Source: Patescibacteria group bacterium
GTDB taxonomy: Bacteria > Patescibacteriota > Minisyncoccia > UBA6257 > GWB1-50-10
Length of the DNA stretch: 64,000 nucleotides
Assembly (NCBI GenBank): GCA_038065455.1
Contig: JBBTQX010000008.1
Coordinates: forward strand, 32,313 to 96,312
Reading direction: 5' to 3'
Part shown: positions 30,297 through 39,047 of the stretch, one piece after another
How the letters are laid out: every line of letters starts with the position of its first letter
Numbering within the stretch: position 1 is the stretch's first letter
Program-made: the position numbers and the translations under genes
The notes under the pieces: model-generated
Seen by the model: the letters and a program-made list of their open reading frames with translations, nothing else
Told to the model about the DNA's origin: nothing
The model's database searches: none

Positions 30297-30372
30297 TAAT
30301 ATTATCGGCTCCGGATCGCTTTCGGCATCTTCAAAATAAACCAAGCTTTTCAGAATATGACGGTAGTCATGA
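30297..30372 (-). pseudogene. C-terminal fragment of an AbiEii-like gene
   Basis: HDYRHILKSLVYFEDAE matches the C-terminus of 29575-30201. Confidence 0.65.
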
Positions 30373-30393
30373 GCAATATATCAAAATACAAGC

Positions 30394-30624
30394 TCAATTT
30401 GCCCTTAGAATTAGGGTCCATAGGTTTTTAGTATCGGGTCTTAAACACCTTGACTTGGAGATTATCTTCCGAAGCAACGTTTTATCATAAAAATCCAGAA
30501 CCCAGCGGGCTTCTTGATCATTGCCGAAATCGGCGATGCGTTCAATAACGTATTGAGCGTTCTTTTTCAGGTCTATTTTTTGGGGATCAGTGTCCCAAAA
30601 TAACGCCTGCCTTAGCTTTATCAC
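30394..30624 (-). CDS. DUF6922-like protein whose partner gene is largely deleted
   Basis: LFWDTDPQKID...YVIERIADFG...NLW. Confidence 0.8.
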   Translation of the reverse strand: MIKLRQALFWDTDPQKIDLKKNAQYVIERIADFGNDQEARWVLDFYDKTLLRKIISKSRCLRPDTKNLWTLILRAN

Positions 30625-30631
30625 CCTCTAA

Positions 30632-30721
30632 CTATACCAGAATTCGCCAAATCCTGCCACCGGCGCCGTTTCTCAAAAACGAGAGGAAAACCGATTGTTG
30701 GAATTTGGTCAAATTAGCCAC
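30632..30721 (-). pseudogene. N-terminal fragment of an HTH-Fic gene
   Basis: MANLTKFQQSVFLSFLRNG versus MDKLTKNQQLIILLFLKNG; same upstream operator. Confidence 0.7.
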
Positions 30722-30811
30722 TCTATTTTCGTATCTTTTTGACTAAATAATCGTATCATATTGATACGATTATTCAAGATGACCGAATCAATATGATAAA
30801 TCAAACGCTGA

Positions 30812-31051
30812 TCAGCGGTAGGTTTTTTCGGCTCTCCGCTCTACGGCCAGAATAAAAACGTCGCCGTTCCCTAGAATACGAAAGATTATCCGCATACTGC
30901 CTTTTCGTATTCTGAATATGTCTCCTCCGCCCCGTAATTTCTTCAGATCCAAGCCTAGAAATTTCCCTTGTTGAATCTTATTAAGAAGTTTTTTTAGCTT
31001 CTCGCGTTCTTTTACCGTGAGTTTCCCGAGCTCCTTAGCTATCCGATCCAT
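30812..31051 (-). CDS. RelE/ParE-family toxin
   Basis: LDLKKLRG...FRIRKGSMRIIF...RRAEKTY. Confidence 0.85.
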   Translation of the reverse strand: MDRIAKELGKLTVKEREKLKKLLNKIQQGKFLGLDLKKLRGGGDIFRIRKGSMRIIFRILGNGDVFILAVERRAEKTYR

Positions 31052-31058
31052 CTTGGTT

Positions 31059-31274
31059 TTACAACCTGGAGAGTAAATCCCTTATCTTTACACCCCCCCT
31101 CTTTATCCGCATAAAATCAGCCGCCTTTTCCCACCCCATTTCTTCATCTATTGAAGAGACACGAAACATTGGTTTGGAGCGGCGCACCACTATAACCGGC
31201 GTTCCGGCCCGGGCCGCACGGGCGTATTTTTCCACGTTCATTCTAAACTCTTTTAACCCGACAATATTTTCCAT
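31059..31274 (-). CDS. Phd/YefM-family antitoxin
   Basis: IVGLKEFR.N...G.PVIVVRRSKPMF. Confidence 0.85.
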   Translation of the reverse strand: MENIVGLKEFRMNVEKYARAARAGTPVIVVRRSKPMFRVSSIDEEMGWEKAADFMRIKRGGVKIRDLLSRL

Positions 31275-31340
31275 ACCTATAAGTTAATCTAAAGGTAAAC
31301 CAAAGTCAATCCTTCAAGAATTAGCCGTGGAATAATGGAT

Positions 31341-31493
31341 TACACACAGTTATCTCGCTATGGCGAGATAACTGTGTGTAGGAATTTCAATAAGAACATT
31401 CTCCATTTCAATCCGTGCCACTGCCGCCTAAAATGGGAGATGTAATTGATAAATCACTACCCTATATACACGATCGTGTATATAGGGTAGTGA
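31341..31493. repeat. Two long perfect inverted repeats (31341-31380 and 31454-31493)
   Basis: 18-bp stem with a 4-nt loop; 40-bp perfect palindrome TCACTACCCTATATACACGA|TCGTGTATATAGGGTAGTGA. Confidence 0.9.
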
Positions 31494-31633
31494 AAATTTA
31501 AATGATTGAAATAAGATACCTCAAAGTAATTGAGTGATGGCTGAAAGAGAGGGATGATAATTCGGAGAGAATAGAAAAAATTACTTTAGAATAATATCTA
31601 TCGGAGTTCAACTTCGTAAGATTTATAGATTAA

Positions 31634-31843
31634 CTAAAAAGAGTCCGGGGCAAGACCGGTATGTTTTGCGATGCGGGCGAGCATTCGTGGACCTATTTCT
31701 TCTCTATCATGAAAGGCGAAAGTAAAATCGGGGTAGTCAACTCTTTCAAGAATTCTATGCGATCCTCTCTGTCTTTTTATTCTCCAACCAAGTTTAAGTA
31801 AGGTCTTCAAAACTTCTCGGGCTTTAACGGCGCGCCATTGCAT
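31634..31843 (-). CDS. hicA: HicA-family toxin
   Basis: LLKLGW...QRGSHRIL...H..EEIGP.ML..I. Confidence 0.9.
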   Translation of the reverse strand: MQWRAVKAREVLKTLLKLGWRIKRQRGSHRILERVDYPDFTFAFHDREEIGPRMLARIAKHTGLAPDSF

Positions 31844-32072
31844 GTTCCATCAAACGCAAAATGACCGTGGGAGCATTGCCATGCTCTAGGTCATCAGCCA
31901 TCGTTCGAAGAGCGACTGCATACGCTTTTCGTGTCGCCTCATTTTTTGTTTTTCCGTAGGCCATGGCGCCCGCGATTTTTGGAATTTCCGCGATCCACCG
32001 TCCGTCTTCTTCTTGGTCTAACTCAACAGCAAAAAACGGTGCTGGTCCCCTCTTTTTTAATTCTTTTGTCAT
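31824..32072 (-). CDS. hicB: HicB-like antitoxin (short)
   Basis: EEDGRWIAEIP.I.GAMAYGKT..EA. Confidence 0.88.
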   Translation of the reverse strand: MTKELKKRGPAPFFAVELDQEEDGRWIAEIPKIAGAMAYGKTKNEATRKAYAVALRTMADDLEHGNAPTVILRLMEHAMARR

Positions 32073-32221
32073 GCTCAAACTATACAACCAAAAAATCAAA
32101 AGTCAAAATTCGGCATTGCCACCTCAAGACAAAGCACAATCGCATCACGAACTCGCTTTTTTAATATTGATTGTAGCGCCCAGAATTAAAGAGGAAATAA
32201 ATGATTAGTGTCCGACATCAA

Positions 32222-32440
32222 TCAGATTTTAGTCCACCCCTCTCTCGCGATATCCGCTTGCCGGAGAATTCGTTTAAGAAGATCAACGCTTATTTCTTTC
32301 TCATGAGGGTTAGGAATGGTAAAGACTAAATCCCCTTTTATCATGTAGGGATGTTTACTTTCTTGAAAAGGACCTTCAAAACCGAATTTCTTTAACTTCC
32401 GCACTAACTGCCGCCAAGAGATTGGCGCCAGCTTAGACAT
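32222..32440 (-). CDS. hicA: HicA-family toxin
   Basis: LKKFGF.GP....KHPYM......IPNPH. Confidence 0.88.
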   Translation of the reverse strand: MSKLAPISWRQLVRKLKKFGFEGPFQESKHPYMIKGDLVFTIPNPHEKEISVDLLKRILRQADIAREGWTKI

Positions 32441-32678
32441 TGATTTTAGCAGTAACTCGAGAACTTATTTTGAAGCTTGGAATAGGCAAGTTTTTCTTTA
32501 ATCTCACAATCAACCAACCTTCCAAGGTTTCTAAAAGATTGTAACGGCATTCCTCCAATGTTTTCCCCGCTGCCCAAACGCCTTTCAAACCGGAAATCTC
32601 GCCGTAATATCGCTTACCGCCATCAATAATTTCATAGCGAGCTTTTCCCAGATTGGAATAAATAAAATCTTGAAGCAT
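32433..32678 (-). CDS. hicB: HicB-like antitoxin
   Basis: YYGEI..LKGVWA.GKTLEECR..L. Confidence 0.88.
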   Translation of the reverse strand: MLQDFIYSNLGKARYEIIDGGKRYYGEISGLKGVWAAGKTLEECRYNLLETLEGWLIVRLKKNLPIPSFKISSRVTAKINV

Positions 32679-32872
32679 ATATTTGAAGTATACCACACTC
32701 AAAAATCGAAGTCAAAACAATGATCTCTAGAAAGTCGGACTTCTTTAAGCTTGCAAAAAACGGTACCTGACACTGTTTCCGCGAAGGCGGTTTACTAGTT
32801 TACGAAGTCGGACTTCGTAAGATTGTAATACGAAGAGAAAGGATATCTGACACTGTTTCCCCCTTTTGATTC

Positions 32873-35398
32873 TTACCAATAGATTTTTACAAAGCCATTA
32901 TTTCCATCTTTACCGTATTGACTACTTCGACTTTTATGCCCACCCTCACCACCCCCAACTGGAGTACTGAAAACTGGCGTGTTGGGACTTGAAAAAATTA
33001 AATTGTTGGGGTCACTATTAAAATAATATCCACCTGCCCTTCCCATTTTACATAATTCAACATTATTGTCTCCATTTTTATCTTTTTCATTACATCGATT
33101 TTTAGTACTTATACCACCACCGCCACCAGTATTATTTATTCCGTCTACCTGACCGCCGCCGCCGCCGTCCTTACCTTTTTCATCATAAATAGTACCACCA
33201 CCGCCATTACCGCCATATTTACTATAGCCACCTCTACCAGGGACGGCATCAGAAGTATAAACAATTTTTTCAGTAGCATCACCAAGAGCACTAAAAGCAT
33301 AATAACCAACAGTACCACCAGCAATGGGGACGGCGGGTATAGGAAACCCAATAGCAACGGCAACAAAAGCGCCAATAATAGTGCCAATAACAGCGCCAAT
33401 AGTGCCCAAAATAGTGGAAAAAAGACCACCTTTGCCATAACCACCAGCACCACCACCGCCGCCACCGCCATTACCACCATAGCCACCCTCACCAGGATAA
33501 TAATCACCAGAAGCTGGGGCACCACCACCACCGCCGCCACCACCAGCATAAATAGGCCTAAATTTTGATGATGGGTTTGATGATGGTTTAGTTGAAAAAA
33601 ATGAGGAGCCACCACCGCCGCCACCACCAGCAGAAGACTGTCCACCTTTAGCATTTGGTTCGCCGCCGCCGCCGCCAAGAGCAACATAAATAGCTATTTC
33701 ACTATCAGGTATTACATTTACGAGCCCACTCCAAAAACCTCCGGAACCTCCAGAGCCTCCATAATGTTCACAAGAGGCGGCACACCCACCACCACCACCG
33801 CCGCCGCCAGACATTTCTACTCTTACAAGACGAGTATTTGGAGGAACTTTCCAAGTATAGTTATCATTAGATTTAAATTCTTTAATTTTACTGGGATCAC
33901 AATCTAAAACATTTGAAGTTGTTTTTGGTCTATTTTCCTCTAAAAAATTGGAAAAATTATTTATATAGGAAGCCTTAATAGGAGTGTTTGGAGCAAAAGT
34001 AAAGCCTGGAGTTTTGAGCGTACACCCATACGCAAAAAGATCGGAAAAATTTTCGATATTTATAAAATTTGCGGCCTTGATTGGCTTGCCGGCAGTAGCA
34101 TCATCCTTAATATAATTTATAAGATTGTTATAATCACCGGTCACGCCAATATTCCTTAACGTGGCGCTAAAAACACCCGCAAGATTATAAACGTGCTCGG
34201 CCCTTACTGGATCCCCGGCCGATAAATCGCCCAATTTAACCACTGCTGAATAAAATTTATTAGAATAATAATTAAAGCCGGAAGCATAAGAAGACTTATT
34301 GAGAGCCAAAATGTCATTAAATATACCTTGGAATTTATATTCTTTCGCATAAGAGATATATCCATTATTTTTACGAATGTAGACTACCTTGGGCTTCATC
34401 GAGAGGCCAGAACTAAAACTAAAATTCGATATATGTCCCGCCACTATCAAATAATCTTCGCCAACACCGATTGAACTGATAGAGCCAAGAGGTAGAAACT
34501 CATTGGTCAAATCCAGTACACCATTTGAGCCAAAACTCCCATCAGAGGCGTAGTCTTTATAATCTTCGTAATTTACGCATACATTGTTTTCGTAATCTGT
34601 GCATCTCTGCAAAGCCTGCAGGCTTATTTTGACTATCTTTTTCACTCCAGCGTCGGTTTGAAAAGACAGATAAAGGCCGCTAGAGGCGCCTTCCACCCTC
34701 AATAAGTTGCCAAAATCAGAGTAAGGAACGAGATCTATACTTTGGGTAAGGGAGAGATCGGATAATTTTCTGATCTCCAGAAAATTTTTTGGAAACCCAT
34801 CAACTATTTTTGTTCCGTAAAACAAGAAATTGCCGCTATCAAAATAAGATATATCAAAATAGGCGACGTTATTATCTGGAATGAAATTTATTTCATCATC
34901 GGTTTTGATTATTCTGGATTCATAGTCACCAATATTGCCCGCCCTAATTAGAAGAAAATTTTTGTAATCTAGAATTTTATGATTCTTTGTGTAAAGAGGG
35001 AGAGGAAAAGAATCTGTGTAATTAAGATTCAGATCGTAACTCCGTATAGAAAATTGTTGTGTTAAGGCTATAGATGCTATAAATTCAAAACTCACATATA
35101 AATAAGTACCGTTGCTTATTATATCAGTGATTTTATATGTGGGGATTTTTATCTCTTTTATTAATTCGCCCGATTGCGCGTTAAACTTTTTTATTTTGGA
35201 AAAATCGTTATTAATACCATTAACCGCTGTATATAGATAATCGCCGCTTATCGTTGAAGCCACAGCATACTCGCCGGCGTTCTCATTGGGTTTATTTTCC
35301 CAAATAGAGAAGAAAGCCGCGGAAACAGGGAAAGGCGCGACGCTAGAAATAAAAACTGAAACTATAAGAATTAGGGAAATCGGAAATTTTTTAAACAT
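32873..35398 (-). CDS. Secreted protein with a beta-rich N-terminus and a glycine-rich C-terminal domain
   Basis: Signal peptide; TWKVPPNTRLVRVEMSGGGGGGG...GNNGFVKIYW Gly-rich domain. Confidence 0.8.
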   Translation of the reverse strand: MFKKFPISLILIVSVFISSVAPFPVSAAFFSIWENKPNENAGEYAVASTISGDYLYTAVNGINNDFSKIKKFNAQSGELIKEIKIPTYKITDIISNGTYLYVSFEFIASIALTQQFSIRSYDLNLNYTDSFPLPLYTKNHKILDYKNFLLIRAGNIGDYESRIIKTDDEINFIPDNNVAYFDISYFDSGNFLFYGTKIVDGFPKNFLEIRKLSDLSLTQSIDLVPYSDFGNLLRVEGASSGLYLSFQTDAGVKKIVKISLQALQRCTDYENNVCVNYEDYKDYASDGSFGSNGVLDLTNEFLPLGSISSIGVGEDYLIVAGHISNFSFSSGLSMKPKVVYIRKNNGYISYAKEYKFQGIFNDILALNKSSYASGFNYYSNKFYSAVVKLGDLSAGDPVRAEHVYNLAGVFSATLRNIGVTGDYNNLINYIKDDATAGKPIKAANFINIENFSDLFAYGCTLKTPGFTFAPNTPIKASYINNFSNFLEENRPKTTSNVLDCDPSKIKEFKSNDNYTWKVPPNTRLVRVEMSGGGGGGGGCAASCEHYGGSGGSGGFWSGLVNVIPDSEIAIYVALGGGGGEPNAKGGQSSAGGGGGGGSSFFSTKPSSNPSSKFRPIYAGGGGGGGGAPASGDYYPGEGGYGGNGGGGGGGAGGYGKGGLFSTILGTIGAVIGTIIGAFVAVAIGFPIPAVPIAGGTVGYYAFSALGDATEKIVYTSDAVPGRGGYSKYGGNGGGGTIYDEKGKDGGGGGQVDGINNTGGGGGISTKNRCNEKDKNGDNNVELCKMGRAGGYYFNSDPNNLIFSSPNTPVFSTPVGGGEGGHKSRSSQYGKDGNNGFVKIYW

Positions 35399-35399
35399 T

Positions 35400-36077
35400 T
35401 TATTTAGCGTTCATACAAGATATTTGGAGAGAGATATCTTGGACCAAGCTGCAAGAAATTTTATTGCTAGAAGCCGCTTTCTGAAAATTATCACAATCTT
35501 TTTTGTAGGAGCCATCCGCAAACACGAGGCAAGAGACTTTTTCTCCGGCGGCAAGTTTTTTGAACCAAATTGAATCGGTGCAATATTTGCGTGAATTCTC
35601 ATCCGTAAGACTGGAACACTTTTGGGGGTTTTGAGCGACTAGGGCATTTTTTAATATGAACAATATCTTGCAATTGGAAATGTCTTCGGCCGATTGAAGC
35701 GTAGTACAAACCGACTCATCTTGTTTATTTTCTACCAAAAGATTTATTCCTATCTGACGACATTCTTTTTGGAAATTTTCGGCTACGCCGGAACACAGAT
35801 TTATATCACCCCCGTTTTTCACCGCCTCCAAAATCGCGTTGTTCACGCAAACCTCATGATAATTCACGCCATCCGGGGAAGTGTAATTTATTTCTTTACA
35901 TCGAGAAGAATCACCACTCCGAGCCAATTCAAAAACTTTTGAAGAGATAGTTTCTAATTCTTTTTGGCTATTTACCTCCCGCGCCGGGCCAGTGCTCATC
36001 CAATACCAATAACCCCCAGCCGCTAGAAGAACCAGAATTATGAGTCCGCCGATTATTTTTTTTTTAGAAAAATTCAT
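35400..36077 (-). CDS. Membrane-anchored protein with Cys-paired helical repeats
   Basis: N-terminal TM helix; repeated C-x(8-12)-C units. Confidence 0.75.
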   Translation of the reverse strand: MNFSKKKIIGGLIILVLLAAGGYWYWMSTGPAREVNSQKELETISSKVFELARSGDSSRCKEINYTSPDGVNYHEVCVNNAILEAVKNGGDINLCSGVAENFQKECRQIGINLLVENKQDESVCTTLQSAEDISNCKILFILKNALVAQNPQKCSSLTDENSRKYCTDSIWFKKLAAGEKVSCLVFADGSYKKDCDNFQKAASSNKISCSLVQDISLQISCMNAK

Positions 36078-36088
36078 TCCTTATTATT

Positions 36089-38881
36089 TTACGGAGCGTA
36101 AACGGCGTAGGGATACCAACCCTCACCTACTTCATTGGAATTTATTTCATCAACCCATTTCATTCTTACTTTTCCTTGCTTATTTATATCAGCATCTTCG
36201 CCACTAAGAGCTCTTCCGATAATTTCACCAGTGATTCTTAATGATGTTTTATCATTACTCCTTTGAAATCCAATAACTTGCAAAAAATCATTCTGATTTT
36301 GTTCTTTTACCCAAATACCTCCAGCCGAAGTATTAATCTCTCTTGGTGGTCTACCCGCATCATCATTAAAGTTATTATCGGAATCTGAATATATGGATCC
36401 GGGAATTTTCATTTCAGCAATCAACTTATATTTACTCTTCAAGTCTTCCATTATAGAAGGATCTTTAGAATCAGAAGTTGTGTAACGATATATATTAATG
36501 GATAAACCGGGATCAGCGGTGGGAAGTGTAATTTGAGCTGTTCCATTACAATCAACACCAAGTGAATTTAAGCTTGGTTTTGTTTCCCCTTTTAAATTTG
36601 GATCGGTTACATATGAAATAACATAGTAGCGGTTTATACCCAATGAACTTCCCGAGCAACTTATATCATTTGAAGCTAAGGCATTGGGTGAGGATATGGT
36701 CTCAAATTTCAGATCTCCCTTTCTAATAAAAAGATTCCCTTTCTCTATAGAAAGTTTATCCATCGGGCTCGCCGTCCCGATGCCGACGTTGCCGTTACTA
36801 GCGACGGTCATCCTCACTTTCGGGTCATCCCCGCCAGTGAGATTTTCTGCCCCTATACCGGGATTAGTTAAAAACTGAAGATAGGTATCCCAATTTCCGC
36901 CACGATAGGCGCGAATTTTCGCCGAACCAGCCAAACTGAAACCCCAACTAATATCTTGTGCACTGCTTGAATCTGCAGGAGTGTTGGGGCCTAAAATTTT
37001 TACGGCCGTGACCGGACCGGTTTGAGTACTTTTTATTGGATCTATTATTGCCGAATTCCACGCCTTCACCTCAAGTTTCGCCTTCGGATCCGTCGTCCCG
37101 ATGCCGACGTTGCCGGAACTTCTTATTCTCATTACCTCTCTTGAATTAGCATAATTATTTCCCCAAGTATAAAATGCTATATCTGCTTGGTTGGCTAATT
37201 CTGATCCTTGTCCATTAAAGACTTGGGTCTTCATCCCAACAAAAGTTTCTTCTTGAGAAGCATCATTTCCTAATGTAAGTTGCCCGATTGATTTTGTTTT
37301 TTGCCTATCAAGTAAGTGAATGGAATCCGCAATCGTTCCAACACTTTGATAAATAGAGCCATTCACATCAAGCGTCCCCGCAGGCGCCGCCGTTCCGATT
37401 CCTATATTCCCTTTCGCATCTTGAATAATATTAGAAGAAGTCAATGTATTCGCGTCTTTCCAAAGAGGTACATAATTCGCCGTACCGCCGGTAAGCGTAA
37501 ATCCACTGCCCGCCTCCGACCAGTTTGTGATACAATTCGCTCCCAAACATATTTTACCGTTCACGGTGAACTTCGCGGAGTTTAATGCGGAGGGATCTTT
37601 AGGCGTTATAGAGATGATATTCGTCCCGGTGTCCTGTACCTCTCCTTCAAAAACATCCGGACTCCATACATTCAAACTGTAGTCGTCTTGACTCGCGAAG
37701 ATTCCCCAGTGGTCATCCGCTACATCGCCATACTGTAATTGCAATTCCGGATTTCCAGTAGCGGCGGTAATTCTCACACGTCCCGGTGAACCACTTGCTT
37801 CAAAAGTTTCCGCAGGGTCATTTGTCCCGATGCCGACTTTATTGGTTTGGGAGCAGGTGATACTGGTCACGATGTTTACTCCCCCTCCACTGCTAATCCA
37901 ATTAGTCCCGTCGTATTTAGAATAGCCACCACTCCAAGAACTCTCCGAATAGGCGGTCGCGATGGAATAAGTGCCAGCCGGCGTCACATCATCATAACAA
38001 TATTGGTTCCGTGTGAGACTATCCGAAAGAAGCGGGTATGTGCTTCCCGTGTGTCTGGGATTTGGGATAGCCAGAGTAGTAAGTCCGGAATAATAAATCC
38101 CGCCGCCGGTTATATCCGTCCATTGAGAAGATATGCCGCCACCTCCGCCTCCGCCTGTGCTTGCTTTCCAAGTCCCTACACCATAAGCATCTGATGTTAA
38201 AACATGGCCATCAGTTGCTCCTGTGGGTAATTTGAAACCGCCGCTTTTTGTTATGGTCAACTTATTTACCCCATCACCATTGTTAATAGTCAATAATGCG
38301 GAGTCTTGGTAAGCTTTCCCACTATATGCCACTGTTCCATCATAAACCGAGTCAAGCTTCAGATGAGTATTGTCAGTAATTATCGAAACCGTAAAGATTT
38401 TGGTCCCGATTTTTATACTATCTCCCACTGCCAATTCAGTCGTAAAAGCTGTATTAGTGCCAACTACATCGACGGAACCTACTGCTACCTCTACAGTTCC
38501 CGTAAGGGGGGAGGATAAATCACCTGTGATATTCGCGTGAGGGAGAAGAACGCCTTTGGTTTTTATATTAAAAGAATTAGTAGAATTGTAAATCACACTA
38601 CTTCCACCAGTTTCGTTAAGTCCAAAATAGTTTGAGCCTCCTATTATTCTATTAACGCCCAATAGAATTGAATTGATAGAGGCGCTAGAACTCAAATCAA
38701 GTTGTTTTTTAAGCTCTAAAGTTCCTAGTTTAGTATTAGTATTATTAGATGTATCCAATGGTGCGCTCGGCGAACCCTGAGGAAAAGGTGAGGTAGGCAC
38801 CGTCCAAGCTGCCAAAACGGATACTGCGGAAGATAAAAATAGGATACCGACCAATGCGACGAGGAGATGTCTATTTTTCAT
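36089..38881 (-). CDS. Large secreted fibre-like protein
   Basis: Signal peptide plus WTVPTSPFPQGSPSAPLDTS; GHVLTSDAYGVGTW; repeated G(N/K)VGIGT; ICLGANCITNW. Confidence 0.8.
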   Translation of the reverse strand: MKNRHLLVALVGILFLSSAVSVLAAWTVPTSPFPQGSPSAPLDTSNNTNTKLGTLELKKQLDLSSSASINSILLGVNRIIGGSNYFGLNETGGSSVIYNSTNSFNIKTKGVLLPHANITGDLSSPLTGTVEVAVGSVDVVGTNTAFTTELAVGDSIKIGTKIFTVSIITDNTHLKLDSVYDGTVAYSGKAYQDSALLTINNGDGVNKLTITKSGGFKLPTGATDGHVLTSDAYGVGTWKASTGGGGGGGISSQWTDITGGGIYYSGLTTLAIPNPRHTGSTYPLLSDSLTRNQYCYDDVTPAGTYSIATAYSESSWSGGYSKYDGTNWISSGGGVNIVTSITCSQTNKVGIGTNDPAETFEASGSPGRVRITAATGNPELQLQYGDVADDHWGIFASQDDYSLNVWSPDVFEGEVQDTGTNIISITPKDPSALNSAKFTVNGKICLGANCITNWSEAGSGFTLTGGTANYVPLWKDANTLTSSNIIQDAKGNIGIGTAAPAGTLDVNGSIYQSVGTIADSIHLLDRQKTKSIGQLTLGNDASQEETFVGMKTQVFNGQGSELANQADIAFYTWGNNYANSREVMRIRSSGNVGIGTTDPKAKLEVKAWNSAIIDPIKSTQTGPVTAVKILGPNTPADSSSAQDISWGFSLAGSAKIRAYRGGNWDTYLQFLTNPGIGAENLTGGDDPKVRMTVASNGNVGIGTASPMDKLSIEKGNLFIRKGDLKFETISSPNALASNDISCSGSSLGINRYYVISYVTDPNLKGETKPSLNSLGVDCNGTAQITLPTADPGLSINIYRYTTSDSKDPSIMEDLKSKYKLIAEMKIPGSIYSDSDNNFNDDAGRPPREINTSAGGIWVKEQNQNDFLQVIGFQRSNDKTSLRITGEIIGRALSGEDADINKQGKVRMKWVDEINSNEVGEGWYPYAVYAP

Positions 38882-39047
38882 CCTTTTATTATATCATAAC
38901 TACTTTTATCACTTAAAACCAATCTAATTCACTCTCTTGACAGAATAGTCCAGAAAACTTGCTACTTTCACAGCAGAGCGGTATAATATAAGCACAGTTA
39001 ACGAGTGTAATTTTAAAACAAAATAATTAATAAAAAGGAGTTGTGTT

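Noticed and set aside
27160-32862. CRISPR array or integron attC array
   Set aside because: The palindromes are irregularly spaced and of different families, with no constant repeat-spacer period, no cas genes and no tyrosine integrase.
33145-33687. 180-aa Val/Ala-rich ORF
   Set aside because: Alternative-frame shadow of the polyglycine codons in 32873-35398.
32873-38881. Prophage tail module
   Set aside because: The proteins have signal peptides or TM anchors, and no capsid, terminase, portal or integrase genes are nearby.
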